Notes: a model not told the origin generated them from the letters alone. 64,000 nt of DNA from Escherichia coli (GCF_022846255.1 NZ_AP025682.1); one strand, 5' to 3'; numbered from the stretch's first letter, positions 51,867-63,781 are shown. Numbers and translations: made by a program.

Positions 51867-52995
51867 CAGCAGCGAAGAAAAAACAGAGAAACCCTCGGCG
51901 CAAAAGCTGCGTAAAGCGCGTGAAGAGGGGCAGCTACCGCGCTCGAAGGATATGGGGCTGGCGGCGAGCCTGTTTGCAGCGTTTGTGGTGATCTCCAGTA
52001 GTTTTCCGTGGTATGCCGATTTTGTGCGCGAGAGTTTTATCAGCGTGCATCAGTACGCACAGGAGATTAATAACCCGCAGGTGATCGGTCAGTTTCTGCG
52101 CCATCACCTGTTAATTCTCGGCAAGTTTATCCTTACGTTGCTGCCGATGCCCGCCGCCGCACTGCTCTCCTCACTGGTGCCCGGCGGCTGGCTGTTTCTG
52201 CCGAAAAAAATCCTCCCGGATTTCAGCAAAATCAGCCCGTTAAAAGGCATTGGGCGACTGTTTTCCAGCGAACATCTGGCGGAAACGGGGAAGATGACAG
52301 TGAAGTCGGTGGTGGTGCTGGTAATGCTGTGGGTAAGCCTGCGCAATAACTTTGCCGCCTTTCTCGGCCTGCAGGCGCTGCCGTTCAAACTGGCGATGAA
52401 TGATGGATTATCGCTCTACGCCAGCGTGATGCGCAACTTTGTCATCCTGTTTATCTTCTTTGCGTTAATCGACGTGCCGCTGGCGAAAGCCCTGTTCACC
52501 AAAGGGCTGAAGATGACCAAGCAGGAGCTGAAAGAAGAGTACAAAAATCAGGAAGGCAAGCCGGAAGTGAAGGCGCGCGTGCGGCGGCTGCAACGGCAAC
52601 TGGCGATGGGGCAAATTCGCAAAGTGGTGCCGAAAGCCAACGTGGTGATCACCAACCCGACCCACTACGCCGTGGCGTTACAGTATGACTCATCACGTGC
52701 CGCCGCACCGTTTGTGGTGGCGAAAGGCACCGATGAAATCGCCCTCTATATTCGCCAGGTCGCCACTGAAAATCAGGTGGAAGTGGTGGAGTTCCCGCGA
52801 CTCGCGCGCTCGGTTTACTACACCACCCAGGTGAACCAGCAAATTCCGTTTCAGCTTTACCGGGCCATCGCCCACGTTCTGACCTACATCCTGCAAATGA
52901 AACACTGGCGCGAGGGCGCACAGCCGCGCCCGGCCCTGAACAGACATATTTCCATTCCCAAAGAGGTACTTAAACTGGATGGCGAAAACAACTAA
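51856..52995 (+). CDS. lfhB: Export apparatus protein LfhB (FlhB-like), 379 aa
   Basis: FlhB-like sequence including the NPTH autocleavage motif (VVITNPTHYAVAL). Confidence 0.9.
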   Translation: MADSSSEEKTEKPSAQKLRKAREEGQLPRSKDMGLAASLFAAFVVISSSFPWYADFVRESFISVHQYAQEINNPQVIGQFLRHHLLILGKFILTLLPMPAAALLSSLVPGGWLFLPKKILPDFSKISPLKGIGRLFSSEHLAETGKMTVKSVVVLVMLWVSLRNNFAAFLGLQALPFKLAMNDGLSLYASVMRNFVILFIFFALIDVPLAKALFTKGLKMTKQELKEEYKNQEGKPEVKARVRRLQRQLAMGQIRKVVPKANVVITNPTHYAVALQYDSSRAAAPFVVAKGTDEIALYIRQVATENQVEVVEFPRLARSVYYTTQVNQQIPFQLYRAIAHVLTYILQMKHWREGAQPRPALNRHISIPKEVLKLDGENN

Positions 52996-55072
52996 ATCGT
53001 TCCTCGCGCCGCTGCGCGGCGGCAATCTCGGCGTGCCGTTGGTGATCCTGTGTATTCTGGCGATGGTTATTCTGCCGCTGCCGCCTGCGCTGCTGGATAT
53101 TCTGTTCACCTTCAACATTGTGCTGGCGGTGATGGTGCTGCTGGTGGCCGTGTCGGCGAAAAGGCCGCTGGAATTCAGCCTGTTCCCGACCATTTTGCTG
53201 ATCACCACCTTAATGCGTCTGACGCTTAACGTTGCTTCTACGCGCGTGGTGCTGCTACACGGGCATCTCGGCGCGGGCGCGGCGGGTAAGGTGATTGAGT
53301 CGTTTGGTCAGGTGGTGATTGGCGGCAACTTTGTCGTCGGTTTCGTGGTATTTATCATCCTGATGATCATCAACTTTATCGTCGTAACCAAGGGGGCCGA
53401 GCGTATTTCCGAGGTTTCTGCCCGCTTTACCCTGGACGCGATGCCCGGCAAACAGATGGCGATTGACGCCGATCTTAACGCCGGGTTGATCAACCAGACG
53501 CAGGCGCAAACCCGGCGTAAAGATGTCGCCAGCGAGGCCGATTTCTACGGCGCAATGGACGGGGCATCAAAATTTGTGCGCGGGGACGCCATCGCCGGGA
53601 TGATGATTCTGGCGATCAACCTGATCGGCGGCGTCTGTATCGGCATCTTCAAATACAACCTGAGCGCCGACGCCGCCTTCCAGCAATATGTGCTGATGAC
53701 TATCGGCGATGGGCTGGTGGCGCAAATCCCTTCCCTGCTGCTCTCCACCGCGGCGGCGATTATCGTCACCCGCGTCAGCGATAACGGTGATATCGCCCAT
53801 GACGTGCGTAATCAGTTGCTGGCAAGCCCGTCGGTTCTCTACACCGCCACTGGAATTATGTTCGTGCTGGCGGTGGTGCCGGGAATGCCGCATTTCCCGT
53901 TCCTGATGTTCAGCGCCCTGCTTGGTTTTACCGGCTGGCGGATGAGCAAGCGCCCGCAAGCGGCGGAGGCGGAAGAGAAAAGCCTCGAAACGCTAACCCG
54001 TACGATGACAGAAACCAGCGAGCAACAGGTCAGTTGGGAAACTATTCCGCTGATCGAACCTATCAGTTTAAGCCTCGGCTACAAACTGGTGGCGCTGGTG
54101 GATAAAGCGCAGGGCAACCCGCTCACCCAGCGTATTCGCGGCGTACGTCAGGTGATTTCCGACGGCAACGGCGTGCTGCTGCCGGAGATCCGTATTCGGG
54201 AAAACTTCCGTCTCAAGCCCAGCCAGTACGCCATTTTCATCAACGGCATTAAGGCTGATGAAGCGGATATTCCGGCGGATAAACTGATGGCCCTGCCCTC
54301 CAGCGAAACCTACGGCGAGATTGACGGCGTACTGGGGAATGACCCGGCATATGGGATGCCGGTCACCTGGATTCAGCCTGCGCAGAAAGCGAAGGCGCTG
54401 AATATGGGGTATCAGGTGATCGACAGCGCCAGCGTGATTGCCACCCATGTGAACAAGATTGTGCGCAGCTATATTCCTGACCTCTTTAACTATGACGATA
54501 TTACGCAGTTGCATAACCGCCTGTCGTCGATGGCACCGCGACTGGCGGAAGATTTGAGCGCGGCACTCAATTACAGCCAATTGCTGAAAGTGTACCGGGC
54601 GCTGCTGACCGAAGGCGTTTCCCTGCGCGATATCGTCACCATCGCCACCGTGCTGGTCGCCAGTAGTGCGGTGACCAAAGATCATATTCTGCTGGCGGCA
54701 GATGTGCGCCTGGCGCTGCGGCGCAGCATTACCCATCCGTTCGTTCGCAAGCAGGAGCTGACGGTGTATACGCTGAATAATGAGCTGGAAAATCTGCTGA
54801 CCAACGTGGTGAATCAGGCGCAACAGGCCGGCAAAGTGATGCTCGACAGCGTGCCAGTGGACCCGAATATGCTCAACCAGTTCCAGAGTACGATGCCGCA
54901 GGTAAAAGAGCAGATGAAAGCGGCGGGGAAAGATCCGGTGCTGCTGGTGCCTCCGCAGCTGCGCCCTTTGCTGGCGCGCTATGCAAGGTTGTTTGCGCCG
55001 GGGCTGCATGTGCTGTCGTATAACGAAGTGCCGGATGAGTTGGAGTTGAAGATAATGGGGGCGTTGAGTTGA
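52979..55072 (+). CDS. lfhA: Export gate protein LfhA (FlhA-like; fhiA counterpart), 697 aa
   Basis: FlhA-like N-terminal TM domain and large cytoplasmic domain, full length. Confidence 0.92.
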   Translation: MAKTTKSFLAPLRGGNLGVPLVILCILAMVILPLPPALLDILFTFNIVLAVMVLLVAVSAKRPLEFSLFPTILLITTLMRLTLNVASTRVVLLHGHLGAGAAGKVIESFGQVVIGGNFVVGFVVFIILMIINFIVVTKGAERISEVSARFTLDAMPGKQMAIDADLNAGLINQTQAQTRRKDVASEADFYGAMDGASKFVRGDAIAGMMILAINLIGGVCIGIFKYNLSADAAFQQYVLMTIGDGLVAQIPSLLLSTAAAIIVTRVSDNGDIAHDVRNQLLASPSVLYTATGIMFVLAVVPGMPHFPFLMFSALLGFTGWRMSKRPQAAEAEEKSLETLTRTMTETSEQQVSWETIPLIEPISLSLGYKLVALVDKAQGNPLTQRIRGVRQVISDGNGVLLPEIRIRENFRLKPSQYAIFINGIKADEADIPADKLMALPSSETYGEIDGVLGNDPAYGMPVTWIQPAQKAKALNMGYQVIDSASVIATHVNKIVRSYIPDLFNYDDITQLHNRLSSMAPRLAEDLSAALNYSQLLKVYRALLTEGVSLRDIVTIATVLVASSAVTKDHILLAADVRLALRRSITHPFVRKQELTVYTLNNELENLLTNVVNQAQQAGKVMLDSVPVDPNMLNQFQSTMPQVKEQMKAAGKDPVLLVPPQLRPLLARYARLFAPGLHVLSYNEVPDELELKIMGALS

Positions 55073-55102
55073 TGGGGGAGACTATATAAGGTCTCGGACT
55101 GT

Positions 55103-55127
55103 CCCCTCGCCCCTTTGGGGCGAGGGA
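55103..55127. repeat. Perfect hairpin repeat unit between convergent lfhA and yafL
   Basis: CCCCTCGCCCC-ttt-GGGGCGAGGG; related to units of the compound repeat at 29572 and 38862; no U-run, so not called a terminator. Confidence 0.4.
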
Positions 55128-55169
55128 GAAAAACGTGTACGACTTTAACTTTTTCGCAGTATTGCCGTC

Positions 55170-55928
55170 CTACAAAATCGTCTCTTCCGTCAAAATCCGC
55201 CGCGCGCCTAAAAAATGATCCTGCCAGAAAGGTTCAGCTAACCGGCTTATCCGAATGGTTTCGCCGGTACGTGGTGACTCGATAAACTGACCGTCTCCCA
55301 GATACACCCCCATATGATCGGCTATCTCGCGGCTGTGAATATGGAAAAACAGCAAATCTCCCCGGCGCAGGTCGTTATTCGCCACAATCGTTGCCCGACG
55401 GTAGTGGTACATCTCATTGGCCGTGCGCGGGAGCTTAGCCTCAAGGATCTTGTTGTAGGCATAAAAAACCAACCCGCTACAGTCGAAGCCTTTATCAGGC
55501 CGCGTGCCCCCCCAGATATAAGGCTTACCTAGCTGCTGCTCCAGGCGGTGAATCGCCACTTCGGTGATGTTATGTAGATGGTCGCTGCTTAAGAAATGAT
55601 TATTCTCCACCAACGCCTGCCAGCGTCTGTCACTCGCCTTGAGCGGCGCAGGAAACCATTCTGGATGCTGTTTTATCTGCTCCCGATTATGCTGGCGCAG
55701 CGCCCTTCTGCTTTTGGCATTGCCTTCCACAATATAGCTGGCCTGCTTTTTCAGATGGGTTTGGTACTGTTTTAATAAACGCGCACGGTTTTGCATCCGC
55801 TGGCGGGCGGCGTAGCTAAAAGAGATATGTGATGTGGTGGCGCTGGCGAGTAAAGGGAGCAAAACGCATAACGAAAACACGCCTGGATGCAGAAATCTGC
55901 CGTGCAAGAACGAAGACATGAAGGACAT
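55170..55928 (-). CDS. yafL: NlpC/P60-family peptidoglycan endopeptidase YafL, 252 aa
   Basis: Signal peptide; catalytic Cys context (GFDCSGLVFYAY) and His (DHMGVYLG). Confidence 0.85.
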   Translation of the reverse strand: MSFMSSFLHGRFLHPGVFSLCVLLPLLASATTSHISFSYAARQRMQNRARLLKQYQTHLKKQASYIVEGNAKSRRALRQHNREQIKQHPEWFPAPLKASDRRWQALVENNHFLSSDHLHNITEVAIHRLEQQLGKPYIWGGTRPDKGFDCSGLVFYAYNKILEAKLPRTANEMYHYRRATIVANNDLRRGDLLFFHIHSREIADHMGVYLGDGQFIESPRTGETIRISRLAEPFWQDHFLGARRILTEETIL

Positions 55929-56230
55929 AAACCAGCTGAATGAAGGTGAGAATTTTAAAAGACCGGAGGAGTAAACGGGATTATTAATTGCTTATTTGCA
56001 TATTACTATTGCGGTTTCATAATCTTAGGAAATAAGAAATAAATCTACAATCCATGCGCTTTTCGGACTCTTGAAAACTGCCCCTGTGCTAAATTTGTAA
56101 ACCCTGCGCCGACAGGCTTGCGTAAAACTCTTTTGGTGATAATGTGAGCCTTCCAAATCCAGACTATTCCGATTTGGGATTCATTTTGCCGTCCTGGCGT
56201 GTGTAACCGTTTTATCAAGGAATAAGCAGT

Positions 56231-56971
56231 ATGCGTAAAATCGCATTAATTCTTGCGATGTTGTTGATCCCGTGCGTTTCGTTTGCCGGTTTGCTGGGCA
56301 GCAGTAGCTCGACCACGCCAGTGAGCAAAGAGTATAAGCAGCAGTTGATGGGATCCCCTGTCTACATCCAGATCTTCAAGGAAGAACATACGCTCGATCT
56401 CTACGTCAAAATGGGCGAGCAATATCAACTGCTCGACAGCTATAAAATCTGTAAATATTCCGGCGGCTTAGGGCCAAAACAGCGTCAGGGCGATTTCAAA
56501 AGCCCGGAAGGGTTTTATAGCGTCCAGCGTAATCAGTTAAAACCAGACAGCCGTTACTACAAAGCGATTAATATTGGATTCCCAAACGCCTATGACCGTG
56601 CGCATGGTTATGAAGGGAAATACCTGATGATTCACGGCGATTGTGTTTCCATCGGCTGCTACGCGATGACCAATCAGGGTATTGATGAGATCTTCCAGTT
56701 CGTTACTGGTGCGCTGGTGTTTGGTCAGCCGAGCGTGCAAGTGAGTATTTATCCGTTCCGCATGACCGACGCCAATATGAAGCGCCATAAATATTCCAAC
56801 TTTAAGGACTTCTGGGAGCAACTGAAGCCGGGCTACGACTACTTTGAGCAAACCCGTAAGCCACCGACCGTTTCTGTGGTCAATGGCCGTTACGTGGTCA
56901 GCAAGCCGTTAAGCCACGAAGTTGTGCAGCCACAACTGGCATCAAACTACACGCTCCCCGAGGCAAAATAA
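56231..56971 (+). CDS. yafK: L,D-transpeptidase-family protein YafK, 246 aa
   Basis: Signal peptide; YkuD-like catalytic region ([12 protein letters not shown]). Confidence 0.9.
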   Translation: MRKIALILAMLLIPCVSFAGLLGSSSSTTPVSKEYKQQLMGSPVYIQIFKEEHTLDLYVKMGEQYQLLDSYKICKYSGGLGPKQRQGDFKSPEGFYSVQRNQLKPDSRYYKAINIGFPNAYDRAHGYEGKYLMIHGDCVSIGCYAMTNQGIDEIFQFVTGALVFGQPSVQVSIYPFRMTDANMKRHKYSNFKDFWEQLKPGYDYFEQTRKPPTVSVVNGRYVVSKPLSHEVVQPQLASNYTLPEAK

Positions 56972-57709
56972 GCGCCATTCACCTGGCATAATCTTTTGCC
57001 AGGTTTCATTGCCCGTCAGCGGCTGTGTCGCAATCACCGTGACCACATCATTCGGTGTGGTCTGCGAGCTGAAGTCGATTTCCACATCCTGATCCAGCAA
57101 CGTTGCCACGCCAAACGGCGCGCGGCGGGTGATCCAGTGTAAATTAGTCGAGCAATACGCCATTACATAGCGCCCATCCGAAAGTAGCATGTTGAAAACG
57201 CCCTTCTGCCGCAGTTCATCCGCCAGTGAGGCGATATATTTAAACACTGCCGCCATGTTGCCCGGTGTGCGCGGGTAACGCTGCGTTAATTTATGCAGGA
57301 GCCAGCAAAAGGCTTTTTCGCTATCGGTTTCACCGACCGGGCGGAAGTTGCCGGTTTCCAGTGATTTGTAGCCCGTCAGTTGTCCATTATGGGCATAAGT
57401 CCAGTTACGCCCCCATAACTCGCGGGTAAACGGGTGAGTATTTTCCAGCGCCACCTCGCCCCGATTAGCCTGGCGAATATGAGCCACCACCGAACAGGAT
57501 TTTATCGGGTAGTCCTGGACAAGTTTGGCGATGGGGGAATTAAAGCTGGGTTGCGGATCTTTAAATGTGCGACAGCCTTTACCTTCGTAAAAGGTAATGC
57601 CCCAGCCATCTTTATGTGGCCCGGTTCCACCACCACGCTGTACAAGTCCGGTGAAACTAAAGCAGATATCGGTAGGGACATTGGCGCTCATCCCGAGCAA
57701 TTCGCACAT
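56942..57709 (-). CDS. yafJ: Class II glutamine amidotransferase YafJ, about 255 aa
   Basis: N-terminal MCELLGMS (catalytic Cys2) with a GGAGG Shine-Dalgarno; ORF track starts 5 codons earlier. Confidence 0.88.
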   Translation of the reverse strand: MCELLGMSANVPTDICFSFTGLVQRGGGTGPHKDGWGITFYEGKGCRTFKDPQPSFNSPIAKLVQDYPIKSCSVVAHIRQANRGEVALENTHPFTRELWGRNWTYAHNGQLTGYKSLETGNFRPVGETDSEKAFCWLLHKLTQRYPRTPGNMAAVFKYIASLADELRQKGVFNMLLSDGRYVMAYCSTNLHWITRRAPFGVATLLDQDVEIDFSSQTTPNDVVTVIATQPLTGNETWQKIMPGEWRLFCLGERVV

Positions 57710-57784
57710 GGGTAACCTCCACAACAGCGGGAGCGCATGGCCCCCGGCGAAGATTGATTAAAAAGTAAAAAGGTGCAGGCTGTT

Positions 57785-57815
57785 ACCCTCACCCCGGCCC
57801 TCTCCCTGAAAGGGA
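57785..57815. repeat. Single unit of the CCCTCACCCCGGCCCTCTCCC-type palindromic repeat upstream of gmhA
   Basis: CCCTCACCCCGGCCCTCTCCCTGAAAGGGAGA. Confidence 0.4.
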
Positions 57816-57824
57816 GAAAAGACC

Positions 57825-58403
57825 TTACTTAACCATCTCTTTTTCAATTAACTGGATCAGGATATGGATCACTTTAATGTGGATCTCCTGAATGCGGTCG
57901 GCATAACCAAAGTGCGGAACGCGAATTTCAATATCCGCCGTGCCAGCCATTTTGCCGCCGTCTTTACCGGTCAGGGTGATCACTTTCATCCCCTTCTCAC
58001 GCGCCGCCGCGATCGCTTTGATCACGTTTGCAGAGTTACCGGAAGTGGAGATCCCCAGCAGTACATCGCCTTCGCGACCTACCGCTTCAACGTAACGGGA
58101 GAAAATATCATTGAAACCAAAATCATTACCGACGCAGGAAATATGGCTGACGTCAGAAATGGCAATCGCCGGGTAGCCCGGACGGTTTTCACGGTAGCGA
58201 CCGGTCAACTCTTCGGCAAAGTGCATGGCGTCGCAATGGGAGCCGCCGTTGCCACAGGAAAGCACTTTGCCACCGGCTTTAAAGCTGTCTGCTAACAGGA
58301 CCGCCGCGCGCTGAATGGCGTGAATATTGGCGTCATCTTTTAAAAAGTTAGCCAGCGTTTCCGCCGCTTCGTTCAGTTCATTACGAATAAGATCCTGGTA
58401 CAT
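57825..58403 (-). CDS. gmhA: Phosphoheptose isomerase (sedoheptulose-7-phosphate isomerase), 192 aa
   Basis: Start at [24 protein letters not shown] (ORF track extends 54 codons upstream); SIS domain. Confidence 0.95.
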
Positions 58404-58642
58404 GAGGATATCCTTCAGCATAAATGTAATAGACAAAATGCAGTGTACCGGATACCGCCAAAAGCGAGAAGTACGGGCAGGTGCTATGACCAGGACTTTT
58501 TGACCTGAAGTGCGGATAAAAACAGCAACAATGTGAGCTTTGTTGTAATTATATTGTAAACACATTGCTAAATATTTTCACATCCACTACAACCATATCA
58601 TCACAAGTGGTCAGACCTCCTACAAGTAAGGGGCTTTTCGTT

Positions 58643-61087
58643 ATGATGATTTTGAGTATTCTCGCTACGGTTGTCCTGCTCGGCGCATTGTTCTATCACC
58701 GCGTGAGCTTATTTATCAGCAGTCTGATTTTGCTCGCCTGGACAGCCGTCCTCGGCGTTGCTGGTCTGTGGTCGGCGTGGGTACTAGTGCCTCTGGCCAT
58801 TATCCTCGTGCCATTTAACTTTGCGCCTATGCGTAAGTCGATGATTTCCGCACCGGTATTTCGCGGTTTCCGTAAGGTGATGCCGCCGATGTCGCGCACT
58901 GAGAAAGAAGCGATTGATGCGGGCACCACCTGGTGGGAGGGCGACTTGTTCCAGGGCAAGCCGGACTGGAAAAAGCTGCATAACTATCCGCAGCCGCGCC
59001 TGACCGCTGAAGAACAAGCGTTTCTCGACGGCCCGGTAGAAGAAGCCTGCCGGATGGCGAATGATTTCCAGATTACTCATGAGCTGGCGGACCTGCCGCC
59101 GGAGTTGTGGGCGTACCTTAAAGAGCATCGTTTCTTCGCGATGATCATCAAAAAAGAGTACGGTGGGCTGGAGTTCTCGGCTTATGCCCAATCTCGTGTG
59201 CTGCAAAAACTCTCCGGCGTGAGCGGGATCCTGGCAATTACCGTCGGCGTGCCGAACTCATTAGGCCCGGGCGAGCTGCTGCAACATTACGGCACTGACG
59301 AGCAGAAAAATCACTATCTGCCGCGTCTGGCGCGTGGTCAGGAGATCCCTTGCTTTGCACTGACCAGCCCCGAAGCGGGTTCCGATGCGGGCGCGATTCC
59401 GGATACCGGGATTGTCTGCATGGGCGAATGGCAGGGCCAGCAGGTGCTGGGGATGCGTCTGACCTGGAACAAACGCTACATTACGCTGGCACCGATTGCG
59501 ACCGTGCTTGGTCTGGCGTTTAAACTCTCCGACCCGGAGAAATTACTCGGCGGTGCAGAAGATTTAGGTATTACCTGTGCGCTGATCCCGACCACCACGC
59601 CGGGCGTGGAAATTGGTCGTCGCCACTTCCCGCTGAACGTACCGTTCCAGAACGGACCGACGCGCGGTAAAGATGTGTTCGTGCCGATCGATTACATCAT
59701 CGGCGGGCCGAAAATGGCCGGGCAAGGCTGGCGGATGCTGGTGGAGTGCCTCTCGGTAGGCCGCGGCATCACCCTGCCTTCCAACTCAACCGGCGGCGTG
59801 AAATCGGTAGCGCTGGCAACGGGTGCGTATGCGCACATTCGCCGTCAGTTCAAAATTTCTATTGGTAAGATGGAAGGGATTGAAGAGCCGCTGGCGCGTA
59901 TTGCCGGTAATGCCTATGTAATGGATGCTGCGGCATCGCTGATTACCTACGGCATTATGCTCGGTGAAAAACCCGCCGTGCTGTCGGCTATCGTTAAGTA
60001 TCACTGTACCCACCGCGGGCAGCAGTCGATTATTGATGCGATGGATATCACTGGTGGCAAAGGCATTATGCTCGGGCAGAGCAACTTCCTGGCCCGTGCT
60101 TACCAGGGGGCACCGATTGCCATCACCGTTGAAGGGGCAAATATTCTGACCCGTAGCATGATGATCTTCGGTCAGGGGGCGATTCGTTGCCATCCGTACG
60201 TGCTGGAAGAGATGGAAGCGGCGAAGAACAATGACGTTAACGCGTTCGATAAACTGCTGTTCAAACATATCGGTCACGTCGGTAGCAACAAAGTTCGCAG
60301 CTTCTGGCTGGGCCTGACGCGCGGTTTAACCAGCAGCACGCCAACCGGCGACGCCACTAAACGCTACTATCAGCATCTGAACCGCCTGAGTGCCAACCTC
60401 GCCCTGCTTTCTGATGTCTCGATGGCGGTGCTGGGCGGCAGCCTGAAACGTCGTGAGCGCATCTCGGCCCGTCTGGGGGATATTTTAAGCCAGCTTTACC
60501 TCGCCTCTGCCGTTCTGAAGCGTTATGACGACGAAGGCCGTAATGAAGCCGATCTGCCGCTGGTGCACTGGGGCGTACAGGATGCGCTGTATCAGGCAGA
60601 ACAGGCGATGGACGATTTACTGCAAAACTTCCCGAACCGTGTGGTTGCCGGGCTGCTGAATGTGGTGATCTTCCCGACCGGACGTCATTACCTGGCACCG
60701 TCTGACAAGCTGGATCATAAAGTGGCGAAGATTTTACAAGTACCGAACGCCACTCGTTCACGTATTGGTCGCGGTCAGTACCTGACGCCGAGCGAGCATA
60801 ACCCGGTTGGTTTACTGGAAGAGGCGCTGGTGGATGTGATTGCCGCCGACCCGATTCATCAGCGGATCTGTAAAGAGTTGGGTAAAAACCTGCCGTTTAC
60901 CCGTCTGGATGAACTGGCGCACAACGCGCTGGCGAAGGGGCTGATTGATAAAGATGAAGCCGCTATTCTGGTGAAAGCTGAAGAAAGCCGTCTGCGTAGT
61001 ATTAACGTTGATGACTTTGATCCAGAAGAGCTGGCGACGAAGCCGGTAAAGTTGCCGGAGAAAGTGCGGAAAGTTGAAGCCGCGTAA
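58643..61087 (+). CDS. fadE: Acyl-CoA dehydrogenase FadE, 814 aa
   Basis: Start at [24 protein letters not shown] (ORF track extends 26 codons upstream); N-terminal membrane segment plus ACAD domains. Confidence 0.95.
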   Translation: MMILSILATVVLLGALFYHRVSLFISSLILLAWTAVLGVAGLWSAWVLVPLAIILVPFNFAPMRKSMISAPVFRGFRKVMPPMSRTEKEAIDAGTTWWEGDLFQGKPDWKKLHNYPQPRLTAEEQAFLDGPVEEACRMANDFQITHELADLPPELWAYLKEHRFFAMIIKKEYGGLEFSAYAQSRVLQKLSGVSGILAITVGVPNSLGPGELLQHYGTDEQKNHYLPRLARGQEIPCFALTSPEAGSDAGAIPDTGIVCMGEWQGQQVLGMRLTWNKRYITLAPIATVLGLAFKLSDPEKLLGGAEDLGITCALIPTTTPGVEIGRRHFPLNVPFQNGPTRGKDVFVPIDYIIGGPKMAGQGWRMLVECLSVGRGITLPSNSTGGVKSVALATGAYAHIRRQFKISIGKMEGIEEPLARIAGNAYVMDAAASLITYGIMLGEKPAVLSAIVKYHCTHRGQQSIIDAMDITGGKGIMLGQSNFLARAYQGAPIAITVEGANILTRSMMIFGQGAIRCHPYVLEEMEAAKNNDVNAFDKLLFKHIGHVGSNKVRSFWLGLTRGLTSSTPTGDATKRYYQHLNRLSANLALLSDVSMAVLGGSLKRRERISARLGDILSQLYLASAVLKRYDDEGRNEADLPLVHWGVQDALYQAEQAMDDLLQNFPNRVVAGLLNVVIFPTGRHYLAPSDKLDHKVAKILQVPNATRSRIGRGQYLTPSEHNPVGLLEEALVDVIAADPIHQRICKELGKNLPFTRLDELAHNALAKGLIDKDEAAILVKAEESRLRSINVDDFDPEELATKPVKLPEKVRKVEAA

Positions 61088-61095
61088 TTGAATAA

Positions 61096-61120
61096 CGGAG
61101 CCTTTCGGCTCCGTTTTTTT
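61096..61120 (+). terminator. Rho-independent terminator downstream of fadE
   Basis: CGGAGCC-tttc-GGCTCCG hairpin followed by TTTTTTT. Confidence 0.7.
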
Positions 61121-61129
61121 ATCGGCTAA

Positions 61130-61603
61130 TTATTTAAAATTAAAGCCATCCGGATGGTTTTCCAGGCTGCCGGTCAACGCCGCGAACAGCACCGTTTTAC
61201 CATCAATAGAAAGCGCATCGTTCACATTCAACCAGGTGAGTTTCTCTTGCGACGTTTTCTCATCAATGGTCGAGAACAGCCCCGTCATCTGATTAGATTT
61301 CTCGGACCACATCACAGCGATACGTTGCGAGCCACAGTCATGCGGTTTGCACGCGCTCATCACCTGATACGTCTCATCTCCCAACGTTACGGTTTGTGCA
61401 GGGGTATAAGTACCGCCTTTCATCACCCAGGCCGGCAGCTTATGCCCTTGCACCATCTGATTAAACGCCGCTTTGGTGGTTTCGCCCTTTGCAAGACTGC
61501 TAATGGTTAAATCATCCTGCGCCATTGCACTGGTGGCGATGACCAGAGCGGCGACTGTCGTTATTGCCTTAAACATCATTCCTCCCGGGCTTATCCTGCC
61601 CAT
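61130..61603 (-). CDS. ivy: Inhibitor of vertebrate lysozyme Ivy, 157 aa
   Basis: Signal peptide plus the conserved CKPHDC loop. Confidence 0.93.
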   Translation of the reverse strand: MGRISPGGMMFKAITTVAALVIATSAMAQDDLTISSLAKGETTKAAFNQMVQGHKLPAWVMKGGTYTPAQTVTLGDETYQVMSACKPHDCGSQRIAVMWSEKSNQMTGLFSTIDEKTSQEKLTWLNVNDALSIDGKTVLFAALTGSLENHPDGFNFK

Positions 61604-61756
61604 GTGATTAACTCCCTAAAGCCTGGCGATAACACGATAATTTGCAAATCAGATATTTCCAATATCAGCATTTGTTATCAATTTATTCTGCGCTAAGGCA
61701 ACTGCCTGATAAGGTGTTAGAGTTATAAAACCCTTCGCATAAAGGAGTTGTACACC

Positions 61757-62527
61757 GTGCCTGGTTTGAAGATTACGCTTTTGCAGCAACCACTGGTGTG
61801 GATGGATGGTCCTGCCAACCTGCGCCATTTTGATCGTCAACTGGAAGGTATTACCGGGCGCGATGTGATCGTTCTACCGGAGATGTTTACCAGCGGCTTT
61901 GCCATGGAAGCGGCAGCTTCGTCGCTAGCACAAGATGACGTAGTGAACTGGATGACAGTCAAAGCGCAGCAGTGCAATGCGCTGATTGCAGGCAGTGTTG
62001 CATTACAAACGGAGTCTGGTTCGGTTAACCGCTTTTTGCTGGTTGAGCCGGGCGGCACGGTACATTTTTATGATAAGCGTCATCTGTTCCGCATGGCAGA
62101 TGAGCATCTACATTATAAAGCGGGCAATGCGCGAGTGATTGTGGAATGGCGCGGCTGGCGTATTTTGCCGCTGGTGTGCTACGACTTACGTTTTCCGGTG
62201 TGGTCGCGCAATCTCAACGATTATGACCTCGCCCTGTACGTCGCCAACTGGCCTGCTCCGCGCTCTCTACACTGGCAGGCATTGCTGACAGCCCGCGCGA
62301 TTGAGAATCAGGCGTATGTGGCGGGATGCAATCGCGTCGGCAGCGATGGCAACGGCTGCCATTATCGTGGTGACAGCCGGGTGATTAATCCGCAAGGCGA
62401 GATTATCGCTACTGCCGACGCGCATCAGGCAACGCGCATTGATGCGGAGCTGTCGATGATGGCATTGCGGGAATATAGAGAAAAGTTTCCGGCATGGCGG
62501 GATGCGGATGAGTTTAGGTTGTGGTGA
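61757..62527 (+). CDS. yafV: Nitrilase-superfamily omega-amidase YafV, about 256 aa
   Basis: GTG start 9 nt after an AAGGAG Shine-Dalgarno; carbon-nitrogen hydrolase catalytic Cys context (LPLVCYDLRFP). Confidence 0.88.
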   Translation: MPGLKITLLQQPLVWMDGPANLRHFDRQLEGITGRDVIVLPEMFTSGFAMEAAASSLAQDDVVNWMTVKAQQCNALIAGSVALQTESGSVNRFLLVEPGGTVHFYDKRHLFRMADEHLHYKAGNARVIVEWRGWRILPLVCYDLRFPVWSRNLNDYDLALYVANWPAPRSLHWQALLTARAIENQAYVAGCNRVGSDGNGCHYRGDSRVINPQGEIIATADAHQATRIDAELSMMALREYREKFPAWRDADEFRLW

Positions 62528-62529
62528 GT

Positions 62530-63765
62530 GGGTGTTGTGTTTAGGGCCGGGGAGAGTCAGGGTAAGACTACGAAAGCCCGCTCCCAGCAAGGACTGACGC
62601 CAGGTAGTTTCTGTCCATGGCTGCTTTTCGCATCTTACGTCTTAACCCTGCCTTGAATACATTATCATTCGTTAAAATATTAATAGCGATGTGCCGTATC
62701 CCTGAAAATAATTCTGCTGCATTTCCTCTTCTTATTTTGCAGTCGTCTTCATTCATTACCACGTCCAGACGCCAGTGCAGCTTATTCTCCACGTGCCAGT
62801 GGTTTCGGATTGCTGTGGCGAACTTCTCTGCGGTTAAATCAGCAGAACTGATATAATATCTGACCGTCATTTCTGGCTCTTTCTTTTGTTCTGCTATTAT
62901 TGACCGAAAGGAGACTGCCACGCATAATTTCTTCAGACCTTTCCATTCAAACATGAAATCAATAAGTTCATCAGGGACATCGCAAACAATGTGAAGACGG
63001 ATTTCTTCTCTGCCGTGACTTTTTTCACTAATTGCGTAACTGTCATGCTCTGGATTATTTAATTCTTTCAGTGGGAATTTTTCCTCAAAGGCTTTATTAA
63101 GCCGCCCCTGATTTCCTTTTACAGCGAATAAATAATCACCGCCCTGTTTTTGTATCTTCTCTGCGATATCTTTCTGGCAACCCATCGCATCAGTTGTGAT
63201 AATTTTTCCTTTAATATCCAACATGTTAAGAAGTTCATGGATAGCTGTGATCTCATTGGATTTCTCATCCGTCCTGATCTGTCCGATGACCAGACTGTGC
63301 ATTGTTGAGAACGCACTAATGACATGAATCGCTCCCCTGCGGCGACTCTTGTCATAAGAATGCCGGAGCGTTTTTCCATCAATTGCAATAACGTCTTTAT
63401 CATCTGAAGAATGGCAGTCACGCATCCAGTTAATAAAGCACTCGTGAAATTTTGCAGGACTGATACAGGATACAACTCTGGCAATGGTATCGTGAACAGG
63501 AATACCATTTTCAAAATCACCATATTGCTTCAAAAAATCGAGATGTGTTTCCCCAAAATCCTCTATATCTTCCCAGCCTTCTGCACCAGAAATAACGGCA
63601 CAAATAGTCAACAGTAGAATACCCGATAATTTATGTTCCACTTTCCAGGCTTGTCTGTAATCGGGGATAATAGAAATATGTTCCATCAATTTTTTAAGTT
63701 CCATTTTGTTCTACTTAATTATGTAAGGAGTATTTGATCATGTATACGCAATAAAAAACAGCTTC
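62530..63765 (-). mobile_element. ISAs1-family (H-repeat) insertion element, complete copy
   Basis: About 1.2-kb unit carrying an intact transposase ORF; its first ~240 bp (62537..62780) is repeated almost identically at 63770..64000, the start of a second tandem copy. Confidence 0.7.
62568..63704 (-). CDS. ISAs1-family transposase (H-repeat-associated protein, YhhI/YafF-like), 378 aa, intact
   Basis: Full-length ORF ([59 protein letters not shown]...). Confidence 0.85.
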   Translation of the reverse strand: MELKKLMEHISIIPDYRQAWKVEHKLSGILLLTICAVISGAEGWEDIEDFGETHLDFLKQYGDFENGIPVHDTIARVVSCISPAKFHECFINWMRDCHSSDDKDVIAIDGKTLRHSYDKSRRRGAIHVISAFSTMHSLVIGQIRTDEKSNEITAIHELLNMLDIKGKIITTDAMGCQKDIAEKIQKQGGDYLFAVKGNQGRLNKAFEEKFPLKELNNPEHDSYAISEKSHGREEIRLHIVCDVPDELIDFMFEWKGLKKLCVAVSFRSIIAEQKKEPEMTVRYYISSADLTAEKFATAIRNHWHVENKLHWRLDVVMNEDDCKIRRGNAAELFSGIRHIAINILTNDNVFKAGLRRKMRKAAMDRNYLASVLAGSGLS

Positions 63766-63781
63766 AGGTAACAGGGCAAGA

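Noticed and set aside
54068-55009. 313-aa minus-strand ORF inside lfhA
   Set aside because: Antisense to the full-length FlhA-like gene; His/Arg/Gln-rich translation without motifs
55103-55127. Intrinsic terminator for lfhA or yafL
   Set aside because: Perfect hairpin but no flanking U-run on either strand; better explained as a member of the palindromic repeat family
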